The notes under the pieces are model-generated. The model saw only the letters and a program-made list of their open reading frames with translations, was not told the DNA's origin and searched no databases. A DNA stretch of 64,000 bases from Callorhinchus milii (taxonomy: Eukaryota): the NCBI RefSeq assembly GCF_018977255.1, contig NW_024704755.1:62001-126000 (forward strand), given 5' to 3'. The position numbers and the translations under genes are program-made. Each line of letters starts with the position of its first letter. Position 1 is the first letter of the stretch. Below are positions 16,001 through 28,610 of this stretch, piece after piece.

Positions 16001-19000
16001 GCTCCACCATTCATGAAATCCAATTAATTCAAAACATCGCCACTCATATCCTCACCCACACCAAACTCTGTACCCATATCACCCAGTCCTTGCTGGGCTC
16101 CACTGGCTCGCTATTGCAGAACGGATCGATTTCAAGATCCTCACACATGTAAGAATCACTTCCTGCCCTTGCACCCTCTCTGACCTGTTTACATTACTCT
16201 ACAATCCCATACTCTGCATTCCTCCACTACCTGCTGCCTGGATTCTGCTGGCTCTGGCACCCTGCATGTCCCTCATCCCCTCCACTCCACCATCAGCGAA
16301 TGTGCTTTCAGCCACTACATCCCAAAACTATGGAACTCTCTACCTCAATCCCTTTGCCTTGCCACCCTCTTTGTCTGTCTTCAAATCATACCTGAAGACC
16401 TTCCTTTTCGACCGTACCTACGATCTACTGTTAAATGCTCCGAGATGCTACCCCATGTGAAGGCGCTACAATAAATGCAAATGTTGTAGGATATCTCCAC
16501 CAAGCAGAGAAAATCAGTTAGCGGCACAATCAGTAGTGGATAATTTTCTCATCTTATACAATATAGTCTAATCAGTGCGTGAAGAACAGTGAGAGGAATG
16601 AGTATTGCTCAGTGAGGGGATAAAGGAGGACCATGAGACAAACTTCAAAATCTATTTTTCTAGATTGATCAAATGATTTTCTCCATTAATGTATATAATT
16701 TGTAATTCCCATCACAGATTAATGTAATCTGCCATTTTAAAGCAATTCTATTTTTGAAAAGCCAGCATTCCACATGTGACTGTTCAATGATAATTAAAAA
16801 GGCTGATTGCCTGAACATATTGACACTACAACAGACGATACAAACAGCAATGATTAAAATGAAACTGCATCACCACTGATCTAATCCCACAGAAGAACCT
16901 GCCCAACCAGGTCTTCAGCCCAGCTCCAATCGAAAGCTATTATACAGCATGTATGGGATTCTGTTAATTTAACACATTTCCATACTTGGTTCCTGGCTCC
17001 CAAATGGACTTTACAGCCGACCAAAGTTAATTTGAACAAAATTAATGTTGCTAAGGTAATCTGAGGACGCGAGGACCTTAACCACACCAGAATCTTTGCG
17101 GTAACATTCGTATGTAATAAGTCACAAGAATATTTAATCAGTGTAAATACATAGAAATAGGCAGCTATTAGCCACAAGGCACTGTTACCAGCTACCATCA
17201 GCACAGGAAACCTAGATTTGCTTGATTTACAAATGTACTTCCTGAGGAATTAATTGCCTGTCCTGTCGCTAGCATATAAAGCTACAACTGAGAGCTCTCA
17301 GTTAACCACAGACACCATTTCACTGCTCAGGAATGTGCCATAGCAGGATGTGAATAATTATAGGAAGAAAGACTCAAATGCATTTAACTAGCATTTAGGG
17401 AGTTCACTCCACATTAATAGATGCTTAAAGTATGTTTGGAGCTCACACCACATGATGAACATTGAAACCAAAATCCGAGAGTTAAACAAATGAGATCAGT
17501 GTCCACTTACTGCCAAGATCATTAGACTCAAAACAAATTCTCTAGAAACTTTGAGCATAAATGGCAAATATCACTGAAGACAGGCAGCAGTCAAACCACA
17601 AGAAATTCCAAACCATCTGGTGTAAGTGATGGACTAGATTGAACAGAACCAGATCAGCCAATCCAGCAGTTACACAAGATCCACACAAAATTGGTTCTAC
17701 ATTCAAGATTAAATGCGGGCATTAGTATGACATATTGGGATAAATGACAATCTGTTCTTGAGTCAGCAAAAGCTCATTAGTATCAGCTACATAGCAACCA
17801 AATAATCAGATGGAGCTCAGGTGTACAAACTCGCCATCTGTGTTGACAGCCAAGCCGAGACCTGTGCATGTGCAGTCCACCCATTGTGCTATCCCCCCCA
17901 CGCCCACTGTATATTTCACTCCGAGTAGTTGTTCTTCATGAATGAGCCTCCACAGTGAATGTTAGCCGGTTGTTTGACAGGGACAAGAAAGATATCACAA
18001 ATGATCACAATTATACTTTGATACACAACCCTTCTAGCAGGAGTCACTGGATCAAAGCAGGAATATAGCTAGAACGCAGAATTCTCTGCCACAAATAGTT
18101 GAATTCAACAGTTTTTTAATAGATGTTTAAAGATGGGGAACATTACAGGATATGGAGAGCATGTCAGCGTAGCTCAGCTTGTTAGCACACTTGCCTGAGT
18201 CAGAATGTTGCGGGTTCACGCCTCACGTTGCAACTTTGAACCCTTGGAAAGTGCTGCATTGTCGGACTTGCTATCCTTCAGGTGAGGTGTTAAACTAAGG
18301 CCCTGTCTCCTTGTTTAAATGGGCATCAAAGATAACATGGCACTATTCAAATAAAGCGAAGTTTCTCAGTGACCTAGCTGAGATAAAATTAGTTATTCAA
18401 TTCATGGCTATGTGAAAATTGTCTGTCTGTTTACTTACCAAATACACAGTCACTACACTTTAAGTAAATCCAGTGATGTGCTTTAAGACATCCTCCTGAC
18501 TTAAAAAGATTAGAGCAGCCTTGATGAGCTAAATGACCCATTTACGTGATGGAATTCTATGACATTCCCGAACAGAGACACTGAGGTCAATTGTAGCCAA
18601 TGCTCTCCTCTCATTCTGAGGCTTTGTATCTTCAACCCTAAGTGGTGTATAAACTCGTTTGATTGAGACAGTTACATTGAGATCCTCCCTTTCTTGTACA
18701 TCACAAGTTTCAAATAACCTGCTCCATTCCCAGGTAAACTCTGGTCTATGTACAGTTTTCTCTATAATAGAGGATCAGCCCTAATCCTCTCATCATTATT
18801 AATTTGCCCTTCAATCTGACTTGCGGTAAATCAGATTTTCACTCTACACTAACATGTTGCTCAGCTGATTCTCACCATGAGCACAGAATGGAGGAAGTAC
18901 ATTTAGTCCAACATTTAAGTTCTTCAGAGAGGTCCAAATTCAGACTTTACACCAAACATTCATTCACACACACACACAACCCCTCACACGCACACACAAC

Positions 19001-20263
19001 CCCTCACACACACACACAACCCCTCACACACACACACAACCCCTCACACACACACACAACCCCTCACACACACACCCCTCTCACACACNNNNNNNNNNNN
19101 NNNNNNNNNNNNNNNNNNNNNNNNNNNNNNNNNNNNNNNNNNNNNNNNNNNNNNNNNNNNNNNNNNNNNNNNNNNNNNNNNNNNNNNNNNNNNNNNNNNN
19201 NNNNNNNNNNNNNNNNNNNNAACCCCTCACACACAACCCCTCACACACAACCCCTCACACACAACCCCTCACACACAACCCCTCACACACACACACAACC
19301 CCTCACACACACACAACCCCTCTCACACATACACAACCCCTCTCACACATACACAACCCCTCACACACAACCCCTCACACACAACCCCTCACACACACAC
19401 ACAACCCCTCTCACACACACACACAACCCCTCTCACACACACACACAACCCCTCTCACACACACACACAACCCCTCTCACACACACACACACAACCCCTC
19501 ACACACACACACAACCCCTCACACACACACACACCCCTCACACACACGCGCGCCCCCACTCTCGCGCGCCCCCTCCCCCATACACGCGCGCACACCGCCC
19601 GCTCTCCCCACGCGCAGACCCCGCCCATCCGCGCGCACACCCCTTTCCGCCCTCACACGCACGAGCCCTCACCGCGCGCCACACTCCCCCACTCCTTCAC
19701 GAGCCTCACTCACCCTCCAGCGTCACCTCTCTCCCCGCTTTCTTCAGCGCCTGCACCGCCTGGTCGTGTGTGGACTGGCGGAGGTCGGCGCCGTTGACTG
19801 ACAGAATGGCGTCGCCCACATACAGGGCGCCGGTCTGGTCCGCCGCGAGGCCGCGGAATATTTTGGAGATGAGGATCGGCATCCGGTTCTCGCGGCCGCC
19901 TTTGATGCTGATCCCAAGGCCGCCCGCCTCCTGCTTCACCACCCGCACGGAGCGCACCCGGTCCAACAGCGCTGCTGGCACTGGCCCGTGACTTGGGCTA
20001 CCCGCCTCGGCAGGAACCAGCCCCGGGCACCCGGCTGCGGGCCCCGCCGGGCTCATGTGAGCTGGGCTCGGGCTGCGGTGTCGGGGCGATCCGTTAGAGA
20101 TTCCATTCCAGGCAGCGGCCTCCAGCGCGGGCTCCTCGGCGCTGAGGCCCAGGCTGTCCCCGCCCAGATCGGCGCTCACACGGTACCAGCCCCGGTCCCG
20201 CAGGAACAACTCGAGCTGCCCGACCCGGGTCGCGCGGCTCGACACCGACACTCCAGCCGCCAT
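10021..20263 (-). CDS. SNTB2: Beta-2-syntrophin (split PH1, PDZ, PH2, SU domains), 7 coding exons, about 522 aa
   Basis: Exons: 19714-20263 (PDZ: [39 protein letters not shown]), 14883-15084, 14453-14657, 13264-13406, 11411-11607, 10672-10850, 10021-10113 (SU end: [18 protein letters not shown]). Sum 1569 nt, in frame, GT-AG. Lies between UTP4 and VPS4A as in human. Confidence 0.95.
11661..11985 (-). mobile_element. tRNA-Ala(TGC)-derived SINE, full length
   Basis: Head GGAGTCCTGTAGCTCAGTGGTTAGAGCACTCGCTTTGCAAGTGAGAGACCTGAGTTCAATTCC (A and B boxes), LINE-like tail AAATGCAAGG(ATT)n. Confidence 0.85.
13690..14400 (-). mobile_element. L2-type LINE ORF2 C-terminal fragment plus tail
   Basis: Frameshifted peptide [52 protein letters not shown]. 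Confidence 0.9.
15590..16490 (+). mobile_element. Older L2-type LINE fragment
   Basis: [10 protein letters not shown].., [16 protein letters not shown].., LIQNIA.. remnants plus the 3' tail. Confidence 0.75.
18165..18400 (+). mobile_element. tRNA-headed Deu-domain SINE remnant
   Basis: GTAGCTCAG..GGGTTCA head followed by GTGCTGCATTGTCGGA..GTTAAACTAAGGCCCTGTCT..CATGGCACTATTC. Confidence 0.6.
18965..19545. repeat. (CA)n-ACCCCT compound repeat with an assembly gap, SNTB2 intron 1
   Basis: Repeated CACACACAACCCCT; N-run 19089-19220. Confidence 0.9.
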
Positions 20264-20294
20264 CTCGCTGCTGCTACTACCTCCCGCGGGCTCC

Positions 20295-20650
20295 AACCAA
20301 TCAAAATCCCCCTTCGCCCCAGCCAATCACAACCCCCCACCCCAGCCAATCACAGGCCTGCACTCCTCCAGCCAATCACAACCCCCCACCCCAGCCAATC
20401 GCAGGCCTGCACTCCTCCAGCCAATCACAACCCCCCACCCCAGCCAATCACAGGCCTGCACTCCTCCAACCAATCACAACCCCCCACCCCAGCCAATCGC
20501 AGACCTGCACTCCTCCAGCCAATCACAAACCGCCACCCCTAACCAATCACAGGGCTACATTCCTTCAGCCAATCACAATCCCACACCCCCAGCCAATCAC
20601 AGGCCTGCAGGCCCCCAGCCAATCACAAATCCTCGCCGTCAACCAATCAC
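20295..20650. promoter_or_regulatory. SNTB2 promoter: tandem array of 15 CCAAT boxes (49-50 bp dimeric unit)
   Basis: CCAATC at 20297, 20323, 20346, 20372, 20395, 20421, 20444, 20470, 20493, 20519, 20543, 20569, 20593, 20619 and 20643, directly upstream of the SNTB2 ATG. Confidence 0.8.
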
Positions 20651-20865
20651 AGCCAACGCTACCCGGAGCCTATCACTGAGCGGCCACACTCAGCTCTGTT
20701 GCTGTTCATTAACTACAGGCTGAGAAATAAGCAGATATCGGGGCCAAACAGATAACATATTTATTTAATATAAAATATTGCATCTTTATAAATCCAATGA
20801 ATTGTTTGTGGAGGAAATGTCTAAGTTCCCACAAAGCAATGTTGACACCACCTTCCAGGCTCCAA

Positions 20866-23800
20866 TTAAGTGGCAAATTTCTTCTGCTTGACTGGTGCTG
20901 GCAGATGTGTATTGATGTCCATCAGGGGGCGCTCTATTACCACAAGTGAATCCTCCGACAGCATCTCAACATGAAGCAGTGGCTGTAGAGAAGGAGCCAT
21001 TCAGATATCACACACCAGACAAGGGAACGGGCAAACGTGACGTGGGAGGCGTTTGGGGGGAATGTGAGAGGAGGAAGGGCAGGTGGGGGAAACAAACTTT
21101 AGTTCCCACGAGCAAACTAAATACCTGGAATTTCTTGCAGATTTTGAAGGCGTGGGCCTGACTCCGGCGTGCGTTTGCTGACAGGCCTCTCAGGGCCGCT
21201 TGGTTATACAGGTGACACTTGGCTGTCGGTAAACGCTTGGGGACAAAGTGAAGTTACAATTAGGTCACCCGAAAACCAAGGAAATCCTGAAATAAATTGG
21301 AATGTCGCAGCCTAGAAATATTTCAACAATCCATCACACAACCTCAGCCGGGATGTGAAGGAGAGAAGCAAACATCAGTGGTTCCAAGATCTTGGCGAAA
21401 GTTAGGGTTAGGACAGTGTTAGCTTACCAGGGTCTGGTCAATGATACAGAACATGTACATGTCGTGGAGCATGAACTGGGTTGGGACATCAGGATTGAAG
21501 GTAATATGTGTAACAGGTGTGTCCCGTTCTACCCACTGAGGGTGCAGTCCTTGTTGCTGCAGCTTACGGCTCCAATCTGTGAACCGCTTCTCCCTGAGAG
21601 AGAACTCGAAAATCTGAGGAGACACGAGAGAGACTCAATAAACTCTGATTTCTGTCATGATGATCTGTTTAAGTGTCCAAGATGTGAACTGAGCTGACTC
21701 AGTCCAAGATGTGTACCGGGCTAGCTCACTCAATCCCAGGCCATACTCCAGGGCTCACTAGTACCAGGCCAGAAAGTTACAAGGTCAACGAATTATCTCC
21801 CAGCTTGGGTGGATATACACTTTGTTGATGGTTTTCTTCCTTCCACAAAAGATCAGCTCAGTTGCCCTGCGCCAACCTCCTGAAGACCACGTTATCAATG
21901 TGTTTGTTCCGGGTCAGTTATTTCAGAGACAGACTCCTCCATGCATCATGCCCTGCGTGGAGGAGGCTGTATCAATGGAAGTTCTTGTTTAAATAATAGA
22001 GTAGCTACCTGATGGTCTGTGTGCACTGTGAGCAGGTTATTAGTCTGGGGGTGAATGGCCATTGCTGTGGGAGGCTGGTTATAGACTGGAACAATGCAGT
22101 GTTGCTGCAACACAAAGAGAAATCATTAAGACACACAAACCCCACAACAAGTGCACCAGCCTCCCCCACCCAAGAGAGGGAGGGGGTGGTGAGGATGGGG
22201 TGAGGGGGGGGGAGTGAGGATGGGGAGGAGAGGGGGAAATAGGAGGGTGACCAAAGGCACATTTGAAGAGGAAGGCTTGCGGTGAGCCTTGAAGGAGGCG
22301 AAGGAGGGAGCAAGGTGAAGGGCTCCTGGATAGAGTTCCAGAGGGTGGGGGCAGAGAGGCTGAAGGCCCAACCGCCAATGGTGAGTTGGGCAGGGAGCAG
22401 GCCAGTGCCCGCTGAGCGGAGGGAGCAACGTTTGGTGTTAATAGGTCCCAGAGGTAGGGAGGAGCAAGATCTTACAGGGCTTTAAAAGTGAGGACCAGAA
22501 TTTTAAACTTGATCCTGTGAGGGATGGGGAGGCAGTGGAGCCGGATGAGGATGGGGGTGATCGCGTGCAGTGTGAAAAGAATGACTTTTGATGGCAGAAG
22601 CGAGAATCGTAGCCACAGCAAAGTGCAGCCACACAGTCTGTGTGATGCTTTTGCTACTGGAGTTCAAGCTCTGCTCTAGACATACCATCAGCTGCATCAG
22701 GTTATAGATGTTTATCTCTCCACCGTGACTTGCTGCCGCCACCCACTCCCCATCAGCACTGACAGCCAACAGAGAGATGGATTCCTGGCAACCTGCAGGA
22801 GACAAACACCCAGCATGAACAATACCCCAGACAGAGAGATGGGAAGAGAAAGACACACACTCAAACAGCAAGCACAGTCTGTTAAAACACATAAACTGAC
22901 TGATGGGAATGGCAGCCAACAGCAGAGCATTATTTATTTATTATTCTATTTATTATAACAACTGAGCACAGCGTAGCCGGGCTGTGGCCACCCCGCAGCG
23001 GGGAGTTCTCACCAGATTTGGGGGTGAAGATGTGAAGCTCAGTGCACCGTGACCCTGTAACATCCACAACATGAACAGCACTTCTCTCTGAGCCGGCAAA
23101 CAGCCGCGTGGAATCTGCCGAGAACACCAGGCACTGCACACCACGGAGCTGCTTCGGTGTCCCAGCAACCTGCAGCGGCACCATACACAGCCAGTGAACA
23201 ACAGAGGAACACCGGCACCCTGGCCCCGTCCCACCCCGCAACAAAGCCTTGCCCCCACCCCGCAACAAAGCCTTGCCCCCACCCCGCAACAAAGCCTTGC
23301 CCCCACCCCGCAACAAAGCCTTGCCCCCACCCCGCAACAAAGCCTTGCCCCCACCCCGCAACAAAGCCTTGCCCCCACCCCGCAACAAAGCCTTGCCCCC
23401 ACCCCGCAACAAAGTCTTGCCCCCACCCCGCAACAAAGCCTTGCCCCACCCCGCAACAAAGCCTTGCCCCCACCCCGCAACAAAGCTTTGCCCCACCCCG
23501 CAACAAAGCCTTGCCCCCACCCCGCAACAAAGCCGTGCCCTGCCCAGTGCCCCACCCCCAACCCCACCTTACCCACAGCAACCCCCAGCCCCCACCCTAG
23601 CCAGCCCCATCCAACACACTGGCCACACCCACCCCACTGGCCCCTACCCCCCAGCATTTCCATCTCCTCAACCCCAACAAAGCACGTACCCTGGTGACAG
23701 TGACAGAGCCGTCCTGATACTGGACACGATACACACAGACTCGGGAAGCCGTGGCGTAGGAGATCCACTCGCCACAGGGAGACAGACAGCAGCAGTGAAT

Positions 23801-26800
23801 GTGATCTGAGCCCTGAGAGAGACAATCAACCGGAGGCTCAAAACTCAACCAAAGCTCCCTTTCCCCCACCACCTCCCAGACATTCCCTCTCCCCCACCCC
23901 CTCCCACTCTCCCTCCCCCACCCACACACTCGCTCTCTCTTCCACCCCCTCCCACACACATCCTCATTCACCCCCTTCCCACATCCACACTCCTTTTCCC
24001 TCATCTCAAACCTTTTTTTTCAGCTGAAGCACTTTGTCTGGTTTGCTGTCTGTAGGAGCCATCCCAGCGCCTGAAAACAGGGACAAGATTGTGATATTGT
24101 ATCCGATTCTCACCACAGACCACCGACTGGGGAGGTGAGGCGGAGAGAAGGGGCGAGGAGGGTGAGGGGAGGCGAAAAGGCAAGTGAGGAGATGAGGTGA
24201 GGGGAGGGGAACTGACCTGTCAGAGGCGAATGGTCCAGCGACCAAAGCTCCAACTGACTTGGGAACTGGAACAGAAGAAGCTTCGCTTCCCGACTGCAAC
24301 ATACCAAACTCCGCTGCAGAGACAACAACACTCCATTCACACTCACCCAAGCCTCACCCCCAATTACCCCACAGCCCCTCCCCAACCATGCCACAGCTCC
24401 TCCTCCAACCACCCCCTAGACCCTCCCCCAACCCCTCCCTCAACCACCCCACAGACCCTCCCCCATACCCTGATACCTACATGAGGGAAGATGACTTTGC
24501 GAAGTGCAGCCTCATATGATTTAGTTTCCACTTTGTCCATCAGGGGGCGGAGCACCAGCTGAGCATCCAAACCTTAACCAGGAAGAGAAAAGTGAGTAAA
24601 GCCCCCAACCGTGCCACCCTCAGCCATCCCCCACCCCCACCCCCAGTATGTGACTCACCCCCGGAGACGAGTGCAGACTTGGTGTGCACCAGGCCCCGCA
24701 CATCATGCGTGTGATATTTAAATGTCTTGGTTCGAACCCACTGGACATCGCCGCCCCCAGACTTAGTTTCCAGGAGCTGGAACTGGATGACAGTTCCCTC
24801 TGATGTTCCCACAGCGATGCTGTCCTCAGCCTGGAGAGAGAGGGCCCAGGGAGGCCAGAGACAGTCACACTGAGGGCACATCACACGCGCAGCTGCGTAT
24901 AAACATGAGAGAGAGGTGGATGTCTCACCGGGTTCACCGCTAACGACAAGGCGTCGCACTTGGTCACGTGGTGAGTGTTCAGGAGGGTTCCCGTTTGCCA
25001 GTCCCACAGCTGCACTTTCCCAGTGGAGTCAGCGCTCACAATACTGTCACTCAGGAACAGGACGCTCCACACCACACACTCACGATTGCGCTGACTGGAA
25101 ATACGGCGGTCCACATCCATCCTCTGCACACAGTGACCTAGAGAGAGAGAGAGACAGTGAGCAAGCGAGCAGCAGTGACAGAGAGACAGAGGCACAGAGA
25201 GAGAGCTGTCACTGGATCAGTCCCAACCTCTTACTCACCAGACTTTACATCAAACACACAGATGACATTCAACGATCCTGTTGCTATCAGTGAACCAGCC
25301 TTATGCCAGGCCAACGAGAGAACACGCCCTGAAATTGGGAGACATTTCAAACACGTTACTGCTCACGTTCCTCACCCAGTCTCACCCCTTCTTCACCATC
25401 GCACCCGGCAGTGCCTGAGTCCTGCAGTCAGCCCAGCACACACTGGGCACTAGCACACATTGGCACACACTGACACCACACACACTGGGCACTAGCATAC
25501 ACTGACACAAGTATACACTGACACATGTATACACTGACACCTTCACACACTAACACCAGCGCACACTGGGAACTAGCACACACTAACACAAGTACACACT
25601 GACACCTGCACACACTGATACCCACTGACACCAGCACACAGACACCAGCGCACACTGGGCACTAGCACATACTGGGGCCCATCCACTAGCACACACCAAC
25701 ACACCGACAGCAGCACACTGACACACTCGACGACACAACAACTTGCACTTATATAGCACCCTCCACACAAGGTAATGTCTCAGAGCTCTTAACAGTGGCA
25801 GAGCCTGACTCCCAGCCAGGGGGAGGTGGCCGTAAGCATGGTCAAAGTGGAAGGTCTTCAGGTGGGACTTGAAAAAAGGGAGAGAAGGGGAAAGCCAGAG
25901 GGATTGAGGGAAAGTGTTCCAGAGTTTCGGGGTGTAATGGCTGAAAGCACGACCTCCGATGGCGGGGCAGAGGGTGCAAGTGGCGAGCAGGAGGCCAGTG
26001 ACAGTCGAGCGGAGCCACCAGGTGGTGGATTGGGGAGTGAGGAAGTCGGAGAGGTTAGGGAGGTGCCAGAGAGTGAAGGGATTTGAACACAAGTCTGACA
26101 CTGACACCAGCACTTTGGGAACTCATCATTACAGTTGATAAATGTAAATTGTATTGTATGTGTATGTACACGGGAGTCACTTTTCTGAGGGAAACAGAAA
26201 TGTTATTGTGGAACCTTTCTGCCGATCCAGATTCCTTGCATATTGAAGTTTTTCTGGAATAATCTCGAATAGTTTGACTGAACCATCTTCGCAGCCAATC
26301 TGCAGCACAAACAGAAAGGTGTTAGTGTTACTCGGACTAGAAACAGTCAGAGCAATTACAATTACTTCACTTTCTTCTCCCTCTGCCCAAACACTGAGCA
26401 AACACTGGTATTAAAAAAAAATTTCATTCCTCAAATTCTCAAAGTATCAATGAACAACACTCCCGGGTCAGCTACAGCATGGGTTACAGACAAAGTTAAA
26501 CTCCCTCCACACTATCCTTCCACATTCCCATGTCAGGGACAGCACGGGTTAGATACAGAAGACCAACAGTCAGTTTGATTTGCTAGGTCGCTTATTGTCA
26601 TTTGTAATTTATGGTTGAGGTCGGTCAGGAAGCCTGGAACTTACCGCAAGGTGAGTCTCCTCGGGGTTACAGCTCATGCACCAAACAGGGCCGCCAAAAG
26701 CATCAAGGCTGTACTTTGGACACAGCCTCTGCAGATCTATTTCCATGATCTCTCCAGTTAATCCCACAGTGAACAGCCGATTCCATCCCACCCAACACAT

Positions 26801-27644
26801 CGCTTCAATTGATTTCCTGTCATCCCCAGGAATCACCTGCAAAAGGAATAATTTCTCAGCAAATAAAAATCACTGGATCAAAGTGGTGCTGTAGAATGTC
26901 CAAAACTGCACGCACAATCTTGCCCAAGCACCGGGGCAGTCTTGAGGATGGGGACGTGCTAACACCTTTTGCTACATTTCTCCACGTTGTCACACAGATG
27001 AGCACACACCTGGCTCCCAGCCTCTACTCATTCTTGTTACATGAAGCGCCCCCACGCTCATATTTCCTTGCATTTGACACAGCAGTTTTCATGTTGGGAG
27101 GAAATCTCAGACACTTACAGGATTAACTGAAAAGTGGAGCAACTGTGTATTTTGTAGGCAAAAGTAGCAGTCAATTTGCACACAGTCAAATCCAACAAAC
27201 AGCGATAAATTTCATGTACAATTTCAATCAAAAGGGACTGTGGGCCGTCTCTCCAACAGCACCACTGAATCTTTAACATCCTCCTGAATAGACCGACAGG
27301 ACCTCAGTTGAACATCAGTGAGGAGCCGGGGCTCTCGGTGGTGAGGAGCCGGGGCTCTCGGTGGTGAGGAGCCGGGGCTCTCGGTGGTGAGGAGCCGGGG
27401 CTCTCGGTGGTGAGGAGCCGGGGCTCTCGGTGGTGAGGAGCCGGGGCTCTCGGTGGTGAGGAGCCGGGGCTCTCGGTGTAATTACCTTCTCCTGGAAGAA
27501 GTTGTTGTTGAAGCTGAAGATTTCCACAGCCCCCGAGAGGCGCGCGGCCGCCAGGCGCCCAGAGCAGCTGTTGTAGCTCAGGCAGCGCAGCCCCGCCGGC
27601 AGATAGTCAAAGAACCTCACCCGGTGAACCAGCAGCTCGGCCAT
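20866..27644 (-). CDS. UTP4: U3 snoRNA-associated protein 4 (cirhin), WD40 SSU processome component, 16 coding exons, about 683 aa
   Basis: Exons: 27486-27644 (MAELLVHRVRFFDYLP), 26645-26836, 26215-26299, 25239-25328, 24929-25137, 24659-24830 (HTHDVR), 24481-24572, 24217-24313, 24012-24070, 23690-23812, 23013-23169, 22686-22792, 22009-22104, 21428-21613, 21125-21235, 20866-20982 (VIERPLMDINTHLPAPVKQKKFAT*). Sum 2052 nt, in frame. Probable non-coding exon 1 donor at 28330-28331; AATAAA (minus) 20760-20765. Confidence 0.93.
22195..22600 (-). mobile_element. L2-type LINE 3' fragment
   Basis: GAGTTCCAGAGGGTGGGGGCAGAGAGGCTGAAGGC motif shared with other copies; similar fragments at 25735-26085, 36420-36625, 36890-37180 and 58375-58745. 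Confidence 0.75.
23228..23535. repeat. 24-bp minisatellite, UTP4 intron
   Basis: About 13 copies of GCCCCCACCCCGCAACAAAGCCTT. Confidence 0.95.
27317..27478. repeat. 23-bp minisatellite next to the first coding donor of UTP4
   Basis: 7 copies of GGTGAGGAGCCGGGGCTCTCGGT. Confidence 0.95.
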
Positions 27645-27669
27645 TCCTGGGGGAGGGATAGAGAGGGGG

Positions 27670-28275
27670 TGGAGACTGTGGGGGGGGGAGGGGGGAGGCT
27701 GGGGCTGTGGGGGGGGGAGGCTGGGGCTGTGGGGGGGGGAGACTGTGGGGGGGGGGAAGGCTGGGGCTGTGGGGGGGGAGACTGGGGCTGTGGGGGGGGG
27801 AGACTGGGGCTGTGGGGGGAGACTGGGGCTGTGGGGGGGAGACTGGGGCTGTGGGGGGGGAGACTGGGGCTGTGGGGGGGGGGAGGCTGAGGCTGAGGGG
27901 GGGATTGGGGCTGAGGCTGTGGGGGGGAGACTGGGGCTGTGGGGGGGGAGACTGGGGCTGTGGGGGGGAGACTGGGGCTGTGGGGGGGGGGAGACTGGGG
28001 CTGTGGGGGGGAGGCTGGGGCTGTGGGGGGGAGACTGGGGCTGTGGGGGGGAGGCTGGGGCTGTGGGGGGGAGACTGGGGCTGTGGGGGGGAGACTGTGG
28101 GGGAAGGCTGGGGCTGTGGGGGGGGAGGCTGGGGCTGTGGGGGGGGAGACTGGGGCTGTGGGGGGGGAGGCTGGGGCTGTGGGGGGGAGACTGGGGCTGT
28201 GGGGGGGGAGACTGTGGGGGGAAGGCTGGGGCTGTGGGGGGGGGGAGACTGGGGCTGTGGGGGGGAGACTGGGGC
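27670..28275. repeat. G-rich minisatellite of about 20-22 bp filling UTP4 intron 1
   Basis: Unit GAGACTGGGGCTGTG(G)5-10 with variable G-run length. Confidence 0.9.
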
Positions 28276-28289
28276 GCTGTGTGTCTAAC

Positions 28290-28400
28290 TCGGGACGGGA
28301 CACAATGTGTGCGCGGCCGCCATGCGCTGACCTGTGAACCGGAAGCTGATGTAAAGGTGCGCGCGCAAGCCGACTCGCTGGCGGGAAAATTGTTATAGGT
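28290..28400. promoter_or_regulatory. UTP4/CHTF8 bidirectional CpG-rich promoter
   Basis: Lies between divergent genes; CCGGAAG (ETS core) 28339-28345, GGCGGGAAA (E2F) 28380-28388, GCGCGCGC. Confidence 0.7.
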
Positions 28401-28610
28401 AGTGAGACACACACAGTGACATACAGTGTCACACACAGTCACACACACATACAGTGTCACACACAGTTACACACATAGTGACTGTCACGCATTGTCACAC
28501 ACAGGTACAGAGAGTAAGTGTTAAGGGGGAGGAAGTGTATTAAGTATTCCCCAGAGCCCCGATAGTGGTTTAATACTGCAGATTAAAGCGCAGCTGCACT
28601 GTTCAGGGGT

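Noticed and set aside
20295-20650. Regularly spaced direct repeats resembling a CRISPR array
   Set aside because: Spacers are themselves repeated, the context is eukaryotic and there are no cas genes.
22930-23825. Multiple long Pro/Gly-rich ORFs (also 18804-19991, 27315-28460, 51495-52573, 59718-63832)
   Set aside because: Translations of minisatellites, or antisense and alternate frames of real exons.
26209-26214. Weak GTTCCA donor in UTP4, and AAG acceptors at 24573 and 21236
   Set aside because: Still canonical GT-AG and frame-consistent; no evidence of U12-type or non-canonical splicing.
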